Source: Bilabrum cf. latius | Taxonomy: Eukaryota | Reading direction: 5' to 3' | DNA: 64,000 bases | Assembly: GCA_965178125.1 (NCBI GenBank) | Contig: OZ237756.1 | Coordinates: 496,001 to 560,000, forward strand | In this document: positions 47,301 through 60,635 of the stretch, one piece after another | How positions within the stretch are numbered: position 1 is the stretch's first letter | How the letters are laid out: the number at the start of each line of letters is the position of its first letter | Translations under genes and position numbers: made by a program | The notes under the pieces: generated by a model | Seen by the model: the letters and a program-made list of their open reading frames with translations, nothing else | The model's database searches: none | Told to the model about the DNA's origin: nothing

Positions 47301-50300
47301 GCCTGGTCTGCAGGCCGGTTGCATTGTGGTCGGGCTGGTGACCCACCTCGCGATCGTGACCCTACGCTTCGCTGGGTGTCCTGACGTCAGCTGTCGGAGT
47401 CATTTCCACCGACACAGACACTCCGCTGGGTGCCCCGCTGGCTTCTGCCGGGTCCAAATCATCCAGGTCATCCGATGATCCGAGGTTGGAAGGGGAGCTA
47501 GATGCGCCCCCGGCGTCTAGTCGGAGCAGAGGCCGACGCCTGTCCAGCCCACCACCACTTGAGGCTTCACTCGTCACATCAATACCAGTGGCAGAGCCCG
47601 ATCCGGACCCGGAATCAGACTGGCCAACCGCGGGAGTCACCCCGTCCATAGAGTCGTATCGATTCCGAATCCTCAACGGATTGCCCACCTCCTGCGAACC
47701 AGATCCATACCCAGGTCCAGAGCCTGACCCGTTGGATGATGACCCGCGACGCTTTGCGTCCCGTCTGGCGCGCAGCTGCTCCGCGAGACTGGTCGCAACC
47801 GAGAGAACCGGCGTGTTCTCCACCTGCCTGTTGTCTTCAGGGGCGCTGTTCCCGGGATCCAGATCCGGCCTCGTCGCGATACTGAGACCCGTTGGGGCCC
47901 CCCGCTTGCCATTCTTTTTGAACCTAGCCCCCGGCAGGGACAGCTGCACCCCGCCGGCTTCGGTGTTGGCCGAAGCGCCGACCGTTTCAGGCTCCGAATC
48001 CAAACCAGCAGCACCCATCGCCTGCTCTCCAGGGGGTGACACGGGACTCGGAGTCGATTCTGCCTCTCCCCTATCCCGGCTAGATCTGGGCTCCGCGCCG
48101 AATGCCCGCCCGCCGCCGAAGAACCCCCCCGCCGCGTCCTCGTCAGCGCCCCCCCCCCTCCTCGCCCGCTCCCTTCGCTCCGCCACCGTCGACGTCTGGT
48201 TCCCGTCACGGGTCAACTCGGAATCGGAATGGTACTCGTCATCGTCGACGGCAGCGCCGCCCACCATTGCCGGTCGGCTGGGTGCAGGTTCAGGTGAGGG
48301 GCCGGGCAGCGAGGGCAGCGGCACTCCCCTGACTCCCTTCGGTTTTCGCATCGGAGCGTCCCGGGTTCGAGTCCCACCGGCGGGCTAAGAGCCCTGCTTT
48401 TCTTTCTTCTTTCTCTTGGGTAGCGTCAAAGACAGCCCCACGACAGCCCCATCGCTGTAGCGGTCTTCCGGTTTGGGCCCAGTTTCCGGCTCCGGATCGT
48501 CATCGTCCCACCCGGCACTGCGATCGGCTGCCCGCGCCGTGACCGCGTTCCTGCTCCGATCCATGCCGGCGTAGGCATCAGTTACGTCAGCGCCCCTGTG
48601 TGTCTTCCACCTGGTGTCAGTTACGGCCTCCTCCTCCTCGTCCTCCACGGTACCGTCACGCTTGCTGCTGACACCTGCGCCACCCACGGCGCCTTCAATC
48701 CCACCACCATAGTCACTACCATCGGCGACATCGTCCCCAAACGCTCCTCCGCCGCCGAAGCTGAACCCGCCTTTGGTGTCAGCAGCCCGTCGGGTCCTGC
48801 CCCCGTCCCTCTGCGGCGCAGACACTTCGAGGGCCAGCGCACTCGTCACACCGTCGTCCTCCTTGCTACGGGCCTCCTCCTCCGCGGCCTCCTGACGCAC
48901 CCGCTCAGCCTCCTCGGCCACGTCAAGTTCCGCAGAAAGCGCGGCGCCGGCCTCGGCCTCGCGCACGGTGGCCTCATCGGTCGCAACCCCCTCGCCCAGC
49001 AGCACGACCACCACGCTCACGTTGTCCCCCGACCCCTCCTCCACCGCCAGTTTGGCCAAGTGCTTCGAGGCCTCCTCGGGTGACTTGCCAAGCGCTAGCT
49101 GATGCCTCACGACTCCGATCGCCCGCCCGCAGTCCATCACGTCGAAAGCGCCGTCACAAGCCAGAAGAGCAAACTCGTCTTGCTCTGTGAGGAGAGTCGC
49201 GCTGACCTCCGCCTCCGATGTGACGAGTGGGGCGCCACAGCATCCATGCTTCATGTGCTTGTCGCCCACCGCTCGGGCAACCGCGAGGGAGTTCATGACC
49301 CGGCCGTTAGAGACCAACACTCCCGCGGTACCGACCCTCGCCCTCTCCACGGGGTCACTCGCCTTGTGATCCCGAGTCATGCACACCGCCTAACCCCCCC
49401 TGCAAAGTACGCACCTCGAGTCCCCAACATAGGCGCACACAGCCGCGATCCCGCCGCCACTGGCACCCACACCAGCAGACGGACCCTCATCACTCGTCGC
49501 ACCACCCCCGGAAACAGACACGCTCCCCACGGGTAGAAGTGCAAGCGCCACCACCGTGGTGCCATCGTCCTCGCCGACCTCGAAATCGGTCTTGATGGTC
49601 AGCGGCCACTCAAGGCTCAAACCCCCGGGCTTGCCCTTGCCCTTGCCCTTGCCCTTGCCCTTGCTACCGCGACGTTTGGCTGCGAATTTGTTCCCTGGTT
49701 TTCCATTGTTCTCCAGCGCAGCCAATGCCTTCCCCTGCCGCCTCTGCAAGAACGAGGGCATTGCGAGCGCGGGGGAGGCAGAGTGACCCCCGCCGGGAGT
49801 GACACCGCCGAGCCCCCCAAATCCACCGGTGGGTTGCACCTGCATGCCCCCGCTGCTGATGCCGAGTGCAGCCAGCTTGGAAGATCCAGGGCGACTGCTG
49901 CTGCTGCCACTTGGGGGCCTGCCCACAGCGTGAGAAACACCACCACCGCCACTTGACCCGGCAAGCAGCTGCAAGGTACTCTCCCCAGGACCCGCACCCC
50001 CACTGGATCCGGAGCCAGAAACGACCGCCCCCGCTCCCCTCTCGCCTTCACCGCTGGAGGCAGCCGCAGCTGCCGCTGCCACGCCCCCAAGCTGGCTTGA
50101 GGTGCTACTCCTCCTCCTCTTGCGCTTGGAAGCAATCGGAATCGCTTCGGGTTCACTCCCTGGGTTGTTTCCAGAGTCTAGCCCGCTAGAGGAGTCAATC
50201 TGGAGGTTCCTTGCCTTCCCATTGCTTGTCGTTCTCTTCGAACTCGCGCCTGCACCATCACGATCCCGATCACCGCCGATGTTGCTGCTGTTATTCCCGT

Positions 50301-53300
50301 CCAACCGCAGTCGTGGCACTGGAACAGGCGCATGCACCTCACCTGATCCTGACCCATCCGCAGGCGGACTGCTGCCCCCCTTCGCAGCGAGCAGGGCGGG
50401 CGATGGCACTTCCGGTTTGGAGGGGGAGATGTCGTCTCGGCTGGAAGTTCCGCTGGAATTGCGCAGCGCCAGCTCGCTTCCGGGCGTCGAGCTTGCCTTG
50501 CCCCCGCCTGCCCCCTCGCCTTCCACGCTGTGTTCCCTGGATCTGGATCTGGATCTGCGCTGTTCCCTGGACACATCGATGAAGTCGCTGTCGCTGAGCA
50601 CCTGCACTGCACTGCCGTACGCTCCCGCTCTGCCTTCGTCATCGTCGTCATTGTTGTCGTGTTCCGCCAGCTGCTGCTTCCCGCTGCCAATCGCTCTTCC
50701 TCCCTGCCTGCTATGAATGTGTTCATTCTCATTACCATTCCCACCACCATCATCATCAGTATCAGCATTTTCACCATCCTCGTCGCTGTCACTGTGGGCC
50801 AGGCTCGACTTCCTCCTCCCAGTGAGCACATCCGGCTGGCTGCGGGAGCGGTTCAGCGACCCCGCCTCCAGGACACCACCACCAACGGCACCGGAGGAAC
50901 CACTTCCGATTCCGGACGGTCCCCCGATTCCGACTCCGGATCCTCGGCTGGTGAGGTTTCGGCTGCCCACGGACACCCTGCTCTGGCTCCTGGCGGTGCC
51001 GGGCCTCTCGCCTTCTAGATCGGCTGCGGTCAGCAGCTTGGGCGATGGAGGGGGCGGCTTGCGACTAACTTCAGCTAGGAAATGGGCGTCTGCGTCCGCG
51101 ACCGCCCGCCACAGTGCACGCACGGCCTCCCCCCCGCGTGCCAGACGGGCCCTGAACAGGTCCAGGACGACCTCAACGACGAAGTCAGAGGCCCTGGAGC
51201 CGCCGTGGCCGTCGCACACCACGAACAGTGACACGGGCCCGCCCTCGTGACTCAGGCTGACGTCAGCGCGGGCCGCAGTGCCCATCCACCCGTGGTCTAC
51301 AGGGCCGATTCTCGGCGGTCGCTTCATCTTCACTTTCACGACAGCGGGAGAGTGGCCAAACCCGGCGCGGGTGTCCAAAGATCGCGTGCTGGCAGCGGCA
51401 GCGGCATCCGCGTCTCCACTGTAGGTTCCGCTGGATTGCGCGGCGCCAGGCGAAGCGGCGAGAGCGCGTGGAGGGCTCCTGGGACCGAACGCCAGGTCCG
51501 CAGCAGCGCCCTCACTCGTCACACCAACCAGCTGCGGCCCTCTGGGCCTGGGCCCGTCACTGGCTCCACTCATCACACGGCCTCGGGAGCCGGTACGGTG
51601 GGCGATGCTGCTGCTGCTGCTGCTCGCAACGCTCCCGCTTCGCCCCCCAACGCTCCCCGGTTCGAACCCCGCCAAAGGCAGCCTGGGGACGAAAAAATCG
51701 GCATTTGCCAGGTGCGCGTCTTCCATTTGGCCGCGCTTGCCCTGCTCGCCGAAAGCCCCGACCCGCGGGCGGACCGAATCCATGCGCGGCGCCAGCAAAC
51801 GAGGCTCCGGGAACGGTTTCGAGCCATGCTGCGACCCGGAATCGAAATAACCCGACGGTCCCCCACCCTCACTCGTCACACTACCGGCACCGGCGGACGG
51901 TCCGATCCACAGGGGCCTCGGCTCCCCGTGTCTCTGCAGCAGCCACCACACCCCCAGAGCGAGGTCGCCCACCCGGCAGCACTCTTTGTCCCAGAACACG
52001 CTCTCCCAGCCCAGCTGCCCCCCCCGCACGGAGCGGGTGGAAATGGCAGGACTCGGAGCCCGAAATCCGGCGCTCCCCGGGCGAGCGTCGGCTCCGGATC
52101 CGCGGGTCCGCATGAGGGGGAGCATGGGCCGGCGGGTCTCCGGGTCGATCACGCAGTACTGGTGGTACGCGTGATGTGACGAGTGGATGTGGTGTGACGA
52201 GTGCGATCTGCGCTCGGGTAATGACGAGGAGCAGCCCCCAACGGCGCCGGGTGACGGTGAGGCATCTCCCCTCCCGATCCTCCGATCTACGGGCGTAGGC
52301 GGCACGGACCCAGCCGTGGAAGATACCGCGCTGCCGCTCTCACTGGCGTCTACTCCAGTGTGACGAGTGCTATCCGGCGACTCGAAGTCGAATCCCGCTG
52401 GCCTGCGCCTTACCCACCTGGACTCGGACTCCTTCTCCTTCTCCTTCTCCTTCCCTGCTACTTGCTCCCCTGCTTCGTCTTCGCCGTTGGTGCTCGGCTG
52501 ACCCGCACCCACAGGGAGGGCACCCCGACCCCCACCATCACCCTTAGTGTCCCCATGGTGGGGGCCCACCCCGCCCCCCACGCTACTGGTGGAAGACTCC
52601 CTCTCCCCCTTCGAGTCCTCCCGCACTGCCTTCAGCGAACCTTCGTGAACCCCAAACGACCCGCTACCCCCCACTTCCCCCCCATCGACCGGGGAGGCCG
52701 CAGAGACTGCGATCCCGGTCGCGCCCGGGGTAAGTTCCGCAAGTGCGCGGCGCCCGCTCGAAGGCGTCGTCGCGCGTGTGGAGCCCCTGGAACCTGCGAC
52801 GCCGCGCGATCCTGATCCTGCGGAACCTGGCTCCTGGCTCGGGGGCCGCCCCACTGCGCTCGGCGTCCGCGGCGGCAGCGTCAGGCCCTGACCCCCGAAG
52901 CGGCGCCTGCCCTCCGCCGAAGAGGGCTATGAACCTTCGCTGAGGTTCGATAGGGCGCCTCCGGCTCCGCTGCGGGACCTGCTGTGCGCCGGGGAGCGCC
53001 TGTTGGTCGCAAATTCGACAAACGAGCGGAGGTAGCCAGGCACCGAGGCGTCCCGGAGGACTTCAGGCGTCTCGCAGCGGAGCTCTGGGGGACTTTCTGG
53101 GTAGTTGTCTGGCATGAATACTCGAAAATCCGCGGGTTCCTTGTGCTGTGTGTGCGGCGTGGGCTCGAACCTGAGCAGGAAGGAGGATGGGGACTGCCAT
53201 TCCACAGGCGGCTCCTCGTCCATTCCACGGCGCCTCCTCGCTAGTTTGCCGAGAACAGCCTTCAATTTAGTTTTCCGTATGCGTCTTATTTCCTTCTGCG

Positions 53301-53448
53301 TTTCCAGCCTAGCGATTCGATGCGATATATCCGGAGGAAGCTCCAAGTCTGTCGCAACGCATTCTGGGGCGCATGCCAGCATTTCAATCACATCCAAGCC
53401 GGCTCTATCCTTGCGCTCATGCTGAGCGAACTTATTCCACGATGCCAT
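44368..53448 (-). CDS. ~3000-aa protein with N-terminal RWD/UBC-like domain and PP2C (PPM) phosphatase
   Basis: MPDNYPESPP, then QGKRGQMEDAH, VCDGHGG, DGTT, VGDSRCVLCRGG(Q)AV..TRDHK, LAVARAVGD, LACDG and GSGDNVSVVVV. Seven ORF-track segments lie in one frame joined by TAGs; ends at TGA 44368. Confidence 0.85.
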
Positions 53449-53896
53449 AATTGTCGTGATCGGATGCAAGACCGCGAAGTCTCAGTGCAGGAAGCCCTGG
53501 CCGCACAGCGGTCGGGTCCGACCGAAACCGATTCAATGCAACACCAAGATGCTCCGGCACCACAGGACAGAACGCAGACGACTTGCCAATGTTGTGATTG
53601 AACACGCAACGATACTATGATAGGCTGCGAAAATGATTGAATCAATCTGCCCCGGGGTGCGCTGTTGCCGCTCGGCATCCCGACCGATCAATCCAACCGG
53701 CCGGTTCCGGAAATGCAGTGTGCGCGGCGCCAAGCTGCCGTCTGCAGTGCCATTACGGGAGATACCACCGATAGTATCGGCTCGATAGTTGCAGTCTGCT
53801 CCGCAAGATTTGTTCAACATATATCAATCACCACACGGCTGGCCTGTGGGTTGATACCGACTGTTGAGGAACTAATTTGAATCGCTGCTAGCCGGC

Positions 53897-56068
53897 ATGT
53901 CGGACAGGTGGAGCGATCGCGGCGGTGAATTCGACGAATTCGGTCGCAGGCGGCCCCCAAGAGCTGCTGGAGCATCTACTTCCGCGTCATCTGGCGACGC
54001 AAATGCCCCAGCTCCAGCGAGGGCGGAAGACGATGCTCCCCGACGAGACCGGAGGTTCGACGACAGCGATCGCCCACTTGACAGGTCCCGTGGCGGCTGG
54101 AGCCAAGACGATGGAAGAAATGATAGGCGTGGACACGACTACGATCGTCGCGGCCCGCGCGAAGAACGGCGGGGGGAGGCGGGACCGCCGGGTGATTCTC
54201 GTCACGGCGAGCGCGAGCACTATAGGCGGCCGCACGATCGCGGAGGCTACAGCGCGGATCGAAGGGAGTACCACCACGGCCGCGGGAATTACAACGATCA
54301 CGGCGGCGGAAGGTACGGTTAGAACCGAGGGTACCACCCCCATTCGCACCGGGGGGGTCCCCGGGGCGGAGGTTACAACCACCCCCACCGCCGGGGGGGG
54401 GGCAAGGACGACGGCAACGATGAGGACCGTGTCATGGAAGACGACATGGATGATATCACGAGGGACGCGAGGACAATCTTCGTGCAGCAGATGGTCAGCC
54501 GAGTGACTGATGACTGGGTCAGGGATTACTTCGAGCAAGTAGGCCCTGTCGCCAGGGTCAAGCTGATCAAGGACCCCCACACTAGGAAGTGCATGGGCAT
54601 GGGATACGTGGAATTCAAGAATCTGGACTCTGTCCCCAACGCTCTCCTGCTCAACGGACAAAAAATGTCCATGGAGACAAGGGCCTCCACTGCTGACGGC
54701 CTGCCGATCATGGTCTCCACCTGCGGGGCGGAGAGGGCGTACGCCCACCAGGCCGAGGACGAGATCGAGGAGGTGGCAAAAGAGAGAACCCTCTACATCG
54801 GGAATCTGCCACCGGGCCTAGAAGCCGCAGACGTCCGCGCCATCGCTGAGAAGATGGGGCCGGTCGCATCGGTCAAGCTGGAGGAGGCCCAGGAGGAGGA
54901 GGACGAGGACGAGGACAGCGGAGAAAGTGAAGATGAAGACACGGAAGGAGGCGGCGGCGAGAAACCCCCAGGGAACAAGAAGCCCCCAGGGAACAAGGAG
55001 GGCTACGCGATCGTCAAATTCCTCGACGACCAGGGGGCGACCAACGGACTGCACGGCCTGGCCGACATCAACATCGCCGGGTACACGCCCCATTTGGGGC
55101 TGATCTCAAAGAAGGGGGAGGTGCATGGGGCCAACAACGAGATCTGGAGGCCCGGTGACAAGGAAGCCCGGCGGTTATCGGCATCTGCCAAGGCCCAGAT
55201 CATCGCGACCCTCAGTACTGCGACTCAGGCCACCCTGTCCAAGCTTGGAGGGGCCGGCGCGCTCGCAGCAGCGGCTGCCAGCGCATCGAATGCCGCCACG
55301 GTTGCAGCAAGGGAGCAGAACGGCTCCGAATCCCTGGTGGCACCTGGGCTAGGTGAGTACCTCAAGAAGCAGTACGGGGAGGGCAGCGGTGTGACGAGTG
55401 GATCGGGAGGGGACGGGGGTGATGGTGCCGGCAGCGGGGAAGAAGCTGGGAACGGTGGCGCGACGAACGTGGTGGAGGGGGAGGGGATCGAATGGGACAA
55501 GACGGTTGGGAACCCCTCGCGGTGCGTTAGGATCATGAACCTCTTCGATCCAGCGAAGGTTCGCGAACTTTCGGACGAGGAGTACGACGATTGGAAGGAT
55601 GATCTAGAGGACGATGTGGGGGCGGAGATTGACCGCAAGGGCAGGATGGTGCACCTACGGGCCAAGAGCTCGGACGAGTGCGGGTCTGTGTTCGCGTGCA
55701 TGCGGAACGTCTCGGACGCGATTTTGGTTGCAACGGCCATGGCGGGGCGCTACTACGACAAGCGCAGGATCAAGGCCGAGTACGTCCCGGAAACAGAGTA
55801 CATGGACCGGTTTCCAAAGGTCGCGCCCAGGGTGGCCAAGATCGACGCGAGGCTGCTAGCCGGTGCAGGTGCCGGTGCTGCAGCAGCTGGGGCAGGACAG
55901 GGATCTGGAGCCAGTGGGGGCTCTGGTGCGCAAACCGGAAGTGCGGCAGGCGGCTCGCCTGCCGCCCCTGCATCGTCGTCGTCCCAGGCGCCTGCCTCAG
56001 CGATGCCGTACATGCCCATGGCGGCGATGCTGGGCGGGCCCAACTCGATCGCTGACATGTACATGTGA
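53897..56068 (+). CDS. RBM39: RBM39/CAPER-like splicing factor (two RRMs and a UHM)
   Basis: R/D-rich N-terminus, RTIFVQQM...GMGYVEF, LYIGNL and C-terminal SRCVRIMNLFDP...DLEDDV...GRYYD. TAG at 54320 is in frame. Confidence 0.8.
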
Positions 56069-56156
56069 TTCACAGTAAGGTTACGTTAGGAATTCTATGC
56101 TGCAATCGAGATCAGCCCTATACTTTTCCGGTGAGCTACCACTGCGGACCTTGCAA

Positions 56157-56204
56157 TGCTTCATTCGAAATCAGAAATTCATAGCTCTGATTTCGAATGA
56201 AGCA
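56157..56204. other. Perfect 19-bp inverted repeat with 10-nt loop
   Basis: TGCTTCATTCGAAATCAGA-AATTCATAGC-TCTGATTTCGAATGAAGCA. Confidence 0.85.
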
Positions 56205-56613
56205 ATGTTCATGATGCATGAATCCACATAGAATTCTGTCAGGTTGTTCAAACCGCTACTGGTCCTGGCCGACCAGCCATGCGTCCCATCGGATCCATCC
56301 GGATACTTTCGCCTTGTGGCCTTCTCTGCGCCCTACTTACCGTGCAGCTTGCTACCACTCGCTTATGCAGTCTCCATCCGATGGCTCATTTGATCCTATT
56401 GCATCCACTTAAATATACGTATTGCTGTTGTCGTGTGCCGGTGTCCTTCTCCGTGTCCTGTCAGTCCTTTTCCGCGCCCACCTCCGTTTTGGATCATCGC
56501 TGCTCCGTCGCTTCAATCCTGGTGCAATTGCAAAATATTCGATAAACCAGGATAGCATGGTATCCATTCGCAATAGGTTACAGGTATAACCGTACACCAC
56601 AAGTTTACTTATA

Positions 56614-56646
56614 ATCCGGATCCGGATCCGGATCCGGATCCGGATC
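56614..56646. repeat. (ATCCGG)n self-complementary microsatellite
   Basis: About five tandem ATCCGG units. Confidence 0.85.
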
Positions 56647-56739
56647 TAGTTGGGTAATGACCGGTTCCGGGCTACTATGCTTGAATCGTCCATACTCTGG
56701 ATTTTGAAACAGCTAAAAACTCTGGAAAGCAAAGCAAAT

Positions 56740-58834
56740 TCAAAGGGAGTCTCCGGGCATACCTGGACCACAGCGATCCGGATCCAAGGGGTTCGCTGAC
56801 AGCAAGTCAGAGCTGGCTTCGACGGTGTGTCGCAGTCGGTTCAGATCCTTGCGGCACCCGGAATGCTTATCTGATCCGGAATCCGGATCCTGCACTACGG
56901 TTGTACTCTCTAGAAACACATCTGAGAGACCGAGAGCCTCGGCCATCCGCGTCTGAACTGGATCACCACGGCTTCCCGAATGGTACGGACACTAGGGCTA
57001 CATCTCCGTACTCCTAGTCCTGGTTGCCAGCATTGAGGAAATTGAAGAAGTCGGTTGCGATCCCATCCTCATTCCGCAGCATCTTCAGCGCACTCAGCGC
57101 ACTCATCGAGATAGTTAGGATGTCATTAGGTCCCCCAGCATTGATACTCGGACGCTTCGTGACACCTGCTTGCAGTACATACCTCTTCTGCAGCCAAGCT
57201 AGGATTTTGAGGTCAGAAGGCAAGGACCCCGTGGAAGGGCGCTCACCAGATCCGGCCATTTGCATCCTGCACAGCAAGATGCTTGTGTATTGGACATGGG
57301 CACCGGCGCCATTCATTCGAATGAGGTCCGACAGGGGCTGCCTGATGTCAGGAGTCATCATTTTCATCACGTCCTTTGCCGACATCCTAAGCTCGTACCG
57401 GATGCCTCCGCTTGTGATGCGGCGCGCACGGCGCACGTCTACTCCTTCATGCTGCAGCTAGTGCTGGATTTCAGACGGGTCCACAAGCCGGATCTTGCCT
57501 GCGGAAGGGATGTGAGGAATGCACTGCACGAACAGATCGCTCGGCGGGTCGTAGACTTCCGAGTCGGACGATACACCGCCCATTCGATCCCCTGGTTTAC
57601 CTGCCTTGCGAAGCCTAGTCCGGCGTGGAGGGTCCGCGTGGCCTGCTCCACCTGTCGCGGGCCCTGGATCGCTGCCGCCGCTAGCGCCTTGCCCAGCAAG
57701 AGCCACTGTCATGGTGTCGAGGCCCTCATCTTCCTCCGAATCAGATCCGTCCACGCTCGCACCAGGGCCCGGGTTCAGCGATTGACCTGTGCTAGAGCCT
57801 GCCGAGGCGCTCGTTGTGCCCGTATCTTTGCTCGCATGGCTCGTTCCTGCGGTAGGCCCTACTGATAGGTCGGTGCCACGGAGAGCAGCGGCTGTTCCTT
57901 CTCCCTCCCTTCCTGCAGGTTCAGCACTCGGTTCGTCTCTGCTGGGCTTACCAATGGCCTGCTAGAGCATGTCAATAAGCTAGAAAGCGAGGTACGACCA
58001 AGACTGAAATTCGCCTCGGGCAACCCTACCGGTACCTGCTGACGCAGTGCGTCCGGAGTGGGTTGCTCGGAGTGCAGCTACCTTCTTCCGCAGGTCATGT
58101 GTGCCCTCCGGCGATGCGATGATATGCACTAATTGATGTAACTTGTCAATGGGGTCCGATGCAGACATCCCGATCAGTGCTGCCCAGTCTTCTGGCCCGG
58201 CCGGCATCGGATGCCCGCTTACTGACAGCAGTGCTGCTGCTTTCTTGGCCAGCCCGGGGAGACCTTCGATGCGCTGCCCTTTTCCAGTGGCCTCTACATT
58301 TGCATTCCAGATAGTGTTAGACAAGAACCGCAGTAGACCAGCAGTGGCCATGTGTGGCCTTGCCGTCCCATCCTTGATTGCATCCTGCTCTGCCTCATAG
58401 ATCGCAAGCGCCATCTCTGCAATTTTGTCGCCTTCTGCGTCGTGATAGAAGAGCAGAACTGACCAAAATTGCAATCTTTTAAATAAACTGGTTTAACTAG
58501 ATGAATGGTAGATGCCATGAATGCTGTACTTACCAGCCGTTTTCAGCGACGAATCTTCAGAGTCCCTTGCTTTGCCAACCGCCTCAGAAAAGGCAGCTGC
58601 GGTTTGGCCGATCACAGTAGGTTCTCCAGCCGGATATACCAGCTCGAAGTGTCCTGCTGGGTTCCATGCTAGCCACGTTTCGCCTTGTTTGGCGACGTGG
58701 CGCGTCATTTCGCCAGCTGCTGCAAGGTCCAATTGGTGGCGCCGCTCACGCCGGGTGAACCTTGCCATTGTATCGATTGATTGAACTTCAACCAACAGCA
58801 TCCCGAGCACCAACGCGCTAGCCTGCGCGAGCAT
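56740..58834 (-). CDS. Unknown host protein, paralog of the gene at ~60636-62464; boundaries approximate
   Basis: Shared N-terminus MARFTRRERRHQLDLAAAGEMTRHV and similar C-terminal ISMS.L.AL.ML.N..GIA..F..FL. Confidence 0.5.
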
Positions 58835-59111
58835 TGTGGCTGTAAGCTACCGAGAAAATGTCGCATTCGATCGGTCCCGGCGGAAAACTCGAAATTGAAA
58901 CTCTCTCTCCAGTGGTGGTGCCTCACGAGCGAACCTTCCCAGCAAATCGGTGAACCCTCTCCACCGGTCGAAGCAAATTGTCTTGGATCACGCAAACATG
59001 CCACACACTCTGACCGACACAGGCATGACTTCAAATGCATAGCAACTGTTAATGCGTGTCCTTGATGGTTAGCTAGATTGCTCAGAACTGCAAACGCTGT
59101 TCAGCAAACCG

Positions 59112-60430
59112 ATGGGCAAGCTTGTGGCTACTACGGCAATAAATCGGTCATATATGAGGCCAGGAAAACATCACCGAGCTCGCTGGAATCTTTGGCAGGA
59201 CTCTTGGGGCGGTTTGCCAGATCATCGACCGCTCTTTGATTTTCCAGCAGAGTACAGGGCGTATGCTCTTCCAGTCGTGTTGGGAAGATGTTCATGTGAT
59301 ACGCTTCTCCGATTGCTACAAGCCGGCAGCCCTCCCGAGTCCACGGATATTCTGGACGTGTATGACTATTCGGCAAAGAATATACCTCTAGTAAGATCTT
59401 TTCGCAGCCAGGTATGCTGAAGCCACGGTCGCCAATCACTGCTTAAGTGCAACTCCAGCTTTGACAGCTCGCAGTACGATCAGCTCAAGTTTTTCCGATG
59501 CCCGATGGTAAGGTGCATTCGGGAATGCCTCAGTAATGAGCTGGAGCTGCTTCTCTTCTTTGCCAATGGGTACCCACGGCGTCACCAGCAGTTTAAAGGA
59601 GTGAGTTTGACACGCTGATGGCTCGAGAAATGCAGTTACGACGCAATTCATTGTGTTCAGGCATTGAGCTTGTACCTTACTATTGTATGCAGGCTATCCG
59701 CTCCCGTCGGATCATACGGACATTTCAGTACGACTCTGTGATCAGGCGGGACTCACCCGGGCAACGATCCGACCGGAGCATCGGATCGGACCAGCACTGG
59801 AGGCGTTGCATTGTTCCGTTGCTGCACGCTGGTATGCCCATTGCGCGTGATTTCATCGTTGGAGACACGTATGAGCTGTTGTGCGACGCGTGCCACCTCC
59901 AGGATGTCACCGGTATTACCTTCGATGACCAATTGGAAGGTGCCATGCAACACCCAGACACGTGGCTCCGCACATTGTTTCAGAGACTCAAGCCCGAACA
60001 GCTGAAAGGAGTGCAGTACTACAACCCATTCAGGAAGCCCATGCGTCACATGTTACATTGGCGAAGGGCTGTGGAGGCCAGAAGAGACGCGGGCATGGTG
60101 TTCTAGGCAGCTGCAGAGGGCAGGCCCATGGAGCTGGCCAGGAGGCTGAGGCTGGGCAAGCTCAGGGGCGGGCACATCCGGTCAGGAGAGATTACCATTG
60201 GGAGTGCAGTGCAAGGAGGATACAATGCGCTGACGGCGGCATGCGCTCGTGGGCACGGGGCCTGCGTGCGTGTGCTTGCCGACGGGCTGCTGGATGCAGA
60301 CGAGTACGTGAAGGGTCGGGATGGTGGTGGGAGGGGCTGCTGGGAGGTGGCTGTGGGGGATGCGGTGGGTGTGCTGGAGGAGATCCGTGAGGATCCATGG
60401 ATGCTATGCGGGGACTTGCCGGAAGTTTAA
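59112..60430 (+). CDS. Repeated host family gene (MGKLVATTAINRSY...RRDAGMVF(Q)AAAEGRPMEL)
   Basis: Paralog of 62742-64000 at an offset of 3630 bp. Introns probable; stop is TAA 60430. Confidence 0.6.
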
Positions 60431-60635
60431 CTAGGGCCTGACAGCCGGTCTCTGCACCAGTGTCTATAGTCAATGTTCTCGTGGCGCTGACGAAGCTCTC
60501 AAAGATGAAGTTGGATCATGCTGACTAACTGCAAAGGACGGTCCTACAAATTGCGCTGCATCCGCAATGACCTCCTTTGGACCTCAACACAAGAGATCAC
60601 ATCGGATTCTCAGCCGGCACAGACTCAAGAACCGC

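Noticed and set aside
44182-52943. Numerous plus-strand ORFs opposite the PP2C gene, and similar antisense ORFs elsewhere
   Set aside because: These are shadow ORFs expected in GC-rich coding DNA. Conserved motifs lie on the other strand.
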